A stretch of 64,000 bases of DNA from an uncultured Alphaproteobacteria bacterium (GTDB lineage Bacteria > Pseudomonadota > Alphaproteobacteria > RF32 > CAG-239), in NCBI GenBank assembly GCA_944391335.1, contig CALXTF010000004.1, positions 16,412 through 80,411 of the forward strand. The letters are read 5' to 3'. The position numbers and the translations under genes were made by a program. The notes under the pieces were generated by a model. The model did not search any database. It worked only from the letters and a program-made list of their open reading frames with translations, and was not told where the DNA came from. Positions 60,193 through 64,000 of this stretch are shown piece by piece (positions within the stretch are counted from its first letter, which is position 1; every line of letters starts with the position of its first letter).

Positions 60193-61971
60193 TTAACCAT
60201 TAAAAAATTGTTCATATAAGTCTCTTCCCATTTGGGCATAATGACTGGCTTTATAATTCAAAAAATTAAATTTAGAAACATCTTGAAGTTTTTCTTTATA
60301 ATAAGTGACATTTCCTGTTTTTTTATTTATAATTAAATTTCTCAAACAGTTAATAATCCCATTAATAAATGTAACATTTAACACGTTATTTGTATTTTTT
60401 CTTCTAAATTTCCATTGATCTTGCCCTATAGCTTCCTTAAAAGCTATAAATAAGAACCTTAATTGTTCCGCACAAAAATCTCTATATTCATTTAAGATAT
60501 CATATTCTTCACTTGTATATACTTCTTTATTTTCTTTACTTGCTATTTTTAATCTTTCCTTATTTGTGTTACCCCATAAAGAATATAAACTATCATCCCC
60601 TTCTAGCTTGACTAAAGGTTTTAATCCATAACTGATAATGGAAGCCGTTTTAATTTTTTCCTTTTCAAATGCCAGTGTTTCAAATTTATCGCAGAGAGGG
60701 CCAGATTCATTCAATTTCAATAAAATTTTTCTGGCAATTGCAACTGTCGAAAATGGCTTTTGAACTTCTTCTATTATCTGCAACAATTCAGAACTAACTT
60801 TCTTCTGATTAGAATTAATTTCTTTAAAAATCGTTGCTTCAAATTTTAAACAATCTTGTTTTGGTAAGTTGCGAGGAAATAAAATTGCTGTAACTAAAAG
60901 ATTTTGTTTTACTCTCAACTTTGCAATTTTTTCCTCATAAGTATCTGTTCCTTCATGATATGTATAAACTCTATGCTGACCATCTATAATGCCAATAATA
61001 TTTGCATGATCTTTAATCTCTACGGAAATTGGATCAGTTTTTATTGTTCTGCTTGAACCATCAGCTTGGAACTCACCATTATCATCTATTATTATTTTTT
61101 CCGATTTTTCGTTATATAATGTAATTTCATCTATAGGAATCGTAACTATAATATTGTTTATGAATACTCTATCATTATCATATAAAAATTTACGCATTGA
61201 TTTTATCTTAGATGGATTTAACATTCTCTGATAAAAAACTACATCGTCATCATCATTCCAACCATCTTTTCTCAAGACTTGCGCTCGTCTTAACAAGGAA
61301 GCTGCATCGATGTAAAAAGATATTATTTTAAAACCATTATTAAATGAAGAATGATGTTCTGGTAAAATGTTTCCTTTAAAACTATTTGTAGACAATGACG
61401 TTGATTGCAAAACTTTTACTCCTATACAGTCATCATCTATATTCAAAAATTTAAAAAATTCAGACTTTGCTGATCTTTTAATTACTGAAACTATTTTCTT
61501 AAAATATAACAAAGTCGGATATTCTATGTATGTAACATTAGAAACGACTTCTTTATGTTCATTAGCTATTTTTTGTTTAGAAATATAGACTATTCTCACT
61601 TGTGCTTGATCTAATGAATACATATTATCAAAACGATCCCGCATAAAATCCCTAAATCCTGAAAATTTCTCATGATTTTTTAAGAATTCTATAAATTTTT
61701 TAGGATTTTCGTTTATTTTACTATATATCACATTTTTTTTAAGCAAATGAGTAGATGTGTCCCCTACAGTATCTTCTATCAGTAAAATTACATTTTCATA
61801 AACATAAATTGCATCTAATTCACTTGTCCTACTTTCATACTCAAATTCTGTTCCGTTAATACGAGGAACTGAAGAAAAACCCATATTTATCAGAAAGTCT
61901 CGTATCTCTTTTCTGAATGCCCTCTGTTCTTTTTCTTGATCGGTTAATTTTCTCTTTCTTTTCTTTACCAT
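60193..61971 (-). CDS. DGQHR-domain protein (DndB-like, ParB/Srx superfamily) with an extra N-terminal domain
   Basis: Literal motif IIGIIDGQHRVYTYHEG in the middle of a 592-aa protein. The first 200 aa or so are unassigned. Start ATG lies 1 nt after the upstream MTase stop (TAATATG) with AAGGA as RBS; the track start at 61998 is less likely. Confidence 0.75.
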   Translation of the reverse strand: MVKKRKRKLTDQEKEQRAFRKEIRDFLINMGFSSVPRINGTEFEYESRTSELDAIYVYENVILLIEDTVGDTSTHLLKKNVIYSKINENPKKFIEFLKNHEKFSGFRDFMRDRFDNMYSLDQAQVRIVYISKQKIANEHKEVVSNVTYIEYPTLLYFKKIVSVIKRSAKSEFFKFLNIDDDCIGVKVLQSTSLSTNSFKGNILPEHHSSFNNGFKIISFYIDAASLLRRAQVLRKDGWNDDDDVVFYQRMLNPSKIKSMRKFLYDNDRVFINNIIVTIPIDEITLYNEKSEKIIIDDNGEFQADGSSRTIKTDPISVEIKDHANIIGIIDGQHRVYTYHEGTDTYEEKIAKLRVKQNLLVTAILFPRNLPKQDCLKFEATIFKEINSNQKKVSSELLQIIEEVQKPFSTVAIARKILLKLNESGPLCDKFETLAFEKEKIKTASIISYGLKPLVKLEGDDSLYSLWGNTNKERLKIASKENKEVYTSEEYDILNEYRDFCAEQLRFLFIAFKEAIGQDQWKFRRKNTNNVLNVTFINGIINCLRNLIINKKTGNVTYYKEKLQDVSKFNFLNYKASHYAQMGRDLYEQFFNG

Positions 61972-61972
61972 A

Positions 61973-63250
61973 TTAAAGTTCCTTGTATTCATTTTCATCT
62001 ATATCTAATTTAATAGGACTTAAAATCACCTCTTTTTCATTAATTCGATCATCTAAATTGATACCCCTAATAAATTTATGCGTTATCTTATTTGAATAGG
62101 AATACAATTTTTCTTTAGGGCTTATTAATTTATCAATTTTATCTACATAAGAAAAAAGAGCGTCAATGCCAAATTTAGACAACGGAGCTTTAGAAATTAG
62201 TGCATTAATTATTTTTTCTATCTTTTCTTTTTCTTTTAATGTAGATAATAATATTGTGTACTTGTAGCAATCAACACTGTTTTTCTTTAAACATTTTTCT
62301 GATGATTTTTCAACTTTTATCTTTTGTACAATCCTTACATCTTGATCATCTATCTTTTTTAACAATATTCTTGCATATTTAAGAGCTCTCAATTGCAAAA
62401 TTATTTTTTCAAAATCCATTTGATTGACCAAATACTTTTTCTCTTTTTCATATTCCGATTGCTTCTCTGTATTCGTATTTTTTATATAATTTTTAAACAT
62501 CGAAATATATTCAGAATTTAGCTCCGTTCCTATATATCTTCTATTCATATTTAAGGCTTTAGCTAAAACAGTTCCGCTTCCACTAAAAGGATCTAAAACA
62601 ACATCATTTTCTTCTGTTGATAACGTCAATATCCTCGCAACAAGATCTTCTGGGAGTGGGCAAAAATGGCGTATATAACCTTTTCCCCAAGAACCTTGAG
62701 TTGGTATTGGATAATGCCAAATACCATCGGGAGTTTTTCCTTTAGGGTTATAACGCTCTGGATATCTTATCCACCAAGATTTAAGTACTTCATAATCTCT
62801 GATTTTATCAATGAAAAACTTGTAATCGTCTGTTTTAGAAAACATCAAAATATACTCAAAAGAATTTCGCATCTGCCCTTTATGCGTCCATGGAACTGTT
62901 TTATCTTTTTCCCATATAATGATTTCTCGGAATATCCATCCAGCTTCTCTTATTTTATTTGCTATATCGAAAGGCAATGCAACAATTTCACCATCTTTTC
63001 TCAACGCATCAACTATAACCCATAAACTTCCTGTAGATTTTGTACATGCATAAACACTCTTAAAAACTGTACCAATATCGTTTAGATATTCTTTATAAGA
63101 CTGACCAAAACCTATTTGTTCTTTGTAGCCATAATCCTTCATATCAAAATATGGAGGAGATGTTACAGTAACATCCACTATTGGCTCTTTTATTAGTTTA
63201 TCAATCTTACGAGCGTCGTATTTATGTATATTACACAGCTTATCGTTCAT
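61973..63250 (-). CDS. Beta-class N4/N6 DNA methyltransferase with an unassigned C-terminal extension of about 170 aa
   Basis: Motif IV VTVTSPPYFD near the N-terminus, followed later by motif I VVLDPFSGSGTVLAKA (IV-then-I order, the beta class). Confidence 0.85.
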   Translation of the reverse strand: MNDKLCNIHKYDARKIDKLIKEPIVDVTVTSPPYFDMKDYGYKEQIGFGQSYKEYLNDIGTVFKSVYACTKSTGSLWVIVDALRKDGEIVALPFDIANKIREAGWIFREIIIWEKDKTVPWTHKGQMRNSFEYILMFSKTDDYKFFIDKIRDYEVLKSWWIRYPERYNPKGKTPDGIWHYPIPTQGSWGKGYIRHFCPLPEDLVARILTLSTEENDVVLDPFSGSGTVLAKALNMNRRYIGTELNSEYISMFKNYIKNTNTEKQSEYEKEKKYLVNQMDFEKIILQLRALKYARILLKKIDDQDVRIVQKIKVEKSSEKCLKKNSVDCYKYTILLSTLKEKEKIEKIINALISKAPLSKFGIDALFSYVDKIDKLISPKEKLYSYSNKITHKFIRGINLDDRINEKEVILSPIKLDIDENEYKEL

Positions 63251-63469
63251 ATTCTTTACTTAACATTACTCCAAACTGTTATAATAGTATATTTTATATC
63301 AATTCATAGCAACAAAAATATACTTACTACACCCAATTTATAGCATGCTAACCTATCATACAAAATTTACGACCAGTTTTGCATATAAATTACGACTTCC
63401 ACACTCAAAACCGATTAAATTGAAGATAAACCGCATACTATTATCTCTTAGAAGCAAAATGATAGTTGC

Positions 63470-63508
63470 AAAAATGAAACTATTATCGCCAAAAAATGAA
63501 ACTATTAT
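63470..63508 (+). repeat. Two perfect 17-nt direct repeats AAAAATGAAACTATTAT with a 22-bp period (iteron-like)
   Basis: Copies at 63470..63486 and 63492..63508. A further ACTATTAT lies about 35 nt upstream. Confidence 0.8.
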
Positions 63509-63570
63509 TTTTAGAACCACCGCAAACTAAAATATATCAACATTAATTCCCTTGCATTTTTTCGTCATAC

Positions 63571-63705
63571 AATGCGGTGGTGCTGTTTTGTGCATCATTT
63601 ATCGTGAAAAATCAATTTTCACACTCAAAACTCAGGAAAACGAAGGCAAACGATATATGAAACTTAATACAAAACGCACACCGACGACATTCAGACCACC
63701 GCATT
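63571..63705. repeat. 11-bp inverted repeat AATGCGGTGGT / ACCACCGCATT, plus a third ACCACCGCA copy at 63516
   Basis: Arms at 63571..63581 and 63695..63705. A direct copy of the 9-mer core is at 63516..63524. Confidence 0.75.
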
Positions 63706-63826
63706 AATTTTTGTAAATTTGAATTAACAAAATCCACGGAAATGAAGTTTTTGTAAAATAGAATTTACACTTTTAGCAAATAAAATTCCACAAAGCCTAA
63801 AAATGACCTATTGACAAGGAGTTAGC

Positions 63827-63873
63827 TGCTAATATATGGTGATGGAAAGTGCTAATGTTAACTGCTAATATTT
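63827..63873 (+). repeat. Three TGCTAAT boxes just upstream of tRNA-Gln copy 2
   Basis: TGCTAATATAT (63827), TGCTAATGTT (63850) and TGCTAATATTT (63863). The same core occurs twice at 48654/48690 next to int. Confidence 0.7.
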
Positions 63874-63934
63874 GACAGCAAACAGCATATAGCAAGAAGG
63901 TCGCTTAATATTGATAAACGATTGGAAAATTATT

Positions 63935-64000
63935 TGGGGTGTCGCCAAGTGGTAAGGCATCGGCTTTTGGTGCCGACATTCGTTGGTTCGAATCCAGCCA
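63935..64000 (+). tRNA. tRNA-Gln (anticodon UUG), copy 2, truncated by the window edge
   Basis: Same acceptor, T-arm and anticodon loop as copy 1. The anticodon stem is TCGGC/GCCGA and there is one D-loop change. The last 9 nt or so lie beyond position 64000. Confidence 0.9.

Larger units (their letters stand above)
48592..63934 (+). mobile_element. Integrative genomic island (about 15.3 kb) between two tRNA-Gln genes
   Basis: An integrase lies directly 3' of tRNA-Gln copy 1 and a second tRNA-Gln lies at the far end. Cargo comprises a Rep-helicase, a serine recombinase and an R-M/DGQHR cluster. Short motifs are shared at both ends. Confidence 0.75.

Noticed and set aside
63345-63530. 61-aa plus-strand ORF in the distal non-coding region
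   Set aside because: It has no RBS. Its sequence is made of the direct repeats themselves, so it is more likely a cis-acting region than a gene.
63573-63592. GGTGGTGCTGTTTTGTG, superficially like the 5' part of 4.5S/SRP RNA
   Set aside because: The conserved SRP domain IV sequence (…CAGGTCCGGAAGGAAGCAGC…) is absent nearby.
63400-63873. Possible CRISPR array, given many short repeats
   Set aside because: The repeats belong to several unrelated families with one to three copies each and irregular spacing. There is no repeat-spacer periodicity and there are no cas genes.

Overview
The window is AT-rich and looks alphaproteobacterial, probably from an endosymbiont-like reduced genome. That guess rests on lpxC-bamD-recN synteny, an ATP12 chaperone, a type-2 IleRS and a short mraZ-rsmH-ftsL-ftsI block. 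All family calls come from motifs read by eye; no searches were run. Positions 1 to about 48.5 kb are ordinary core genome: rpmG (missed by the ORF track), tyrS, anmK, ileS, trmL, carD, apaG, recX, rarA, rluC, asmA-like, acyP, a U32 peptidase, ddl, miaA, mreB, the dcw start, RNase P RNA, lpxC, bamD, recN, gltX, mutT, a 4-gene MCE/Mla-type transporter, an ECF-sigma module, a zeta-toxin-like pair, and envelope or ion-homeostasis genes. From 48.5 kb to the window end lies an integrative island of about 15.3 kb. It is bracketed by two full-length but sequence-divergent tRNA-Gln(UUG) genes. It carries a tyrosine integrase, an HUH-Rep::RecQ helicase fusion, a serine recombinase operon, decayed zinc-ribbon mini-genes and repeat-dense att-proximal DNA. 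The most interesting part is a DNA-modification/restriction cluster at 57187..63250. It contains an MvaI/BcnI-like nuclease, an HTH-MTase-MTase fusion, a 592-aa DGQHR (DndB/ParB-fold) protein and a further beta-class MTase translationally coupled to it. I propose this cluster as the candidate undescribed defence system.
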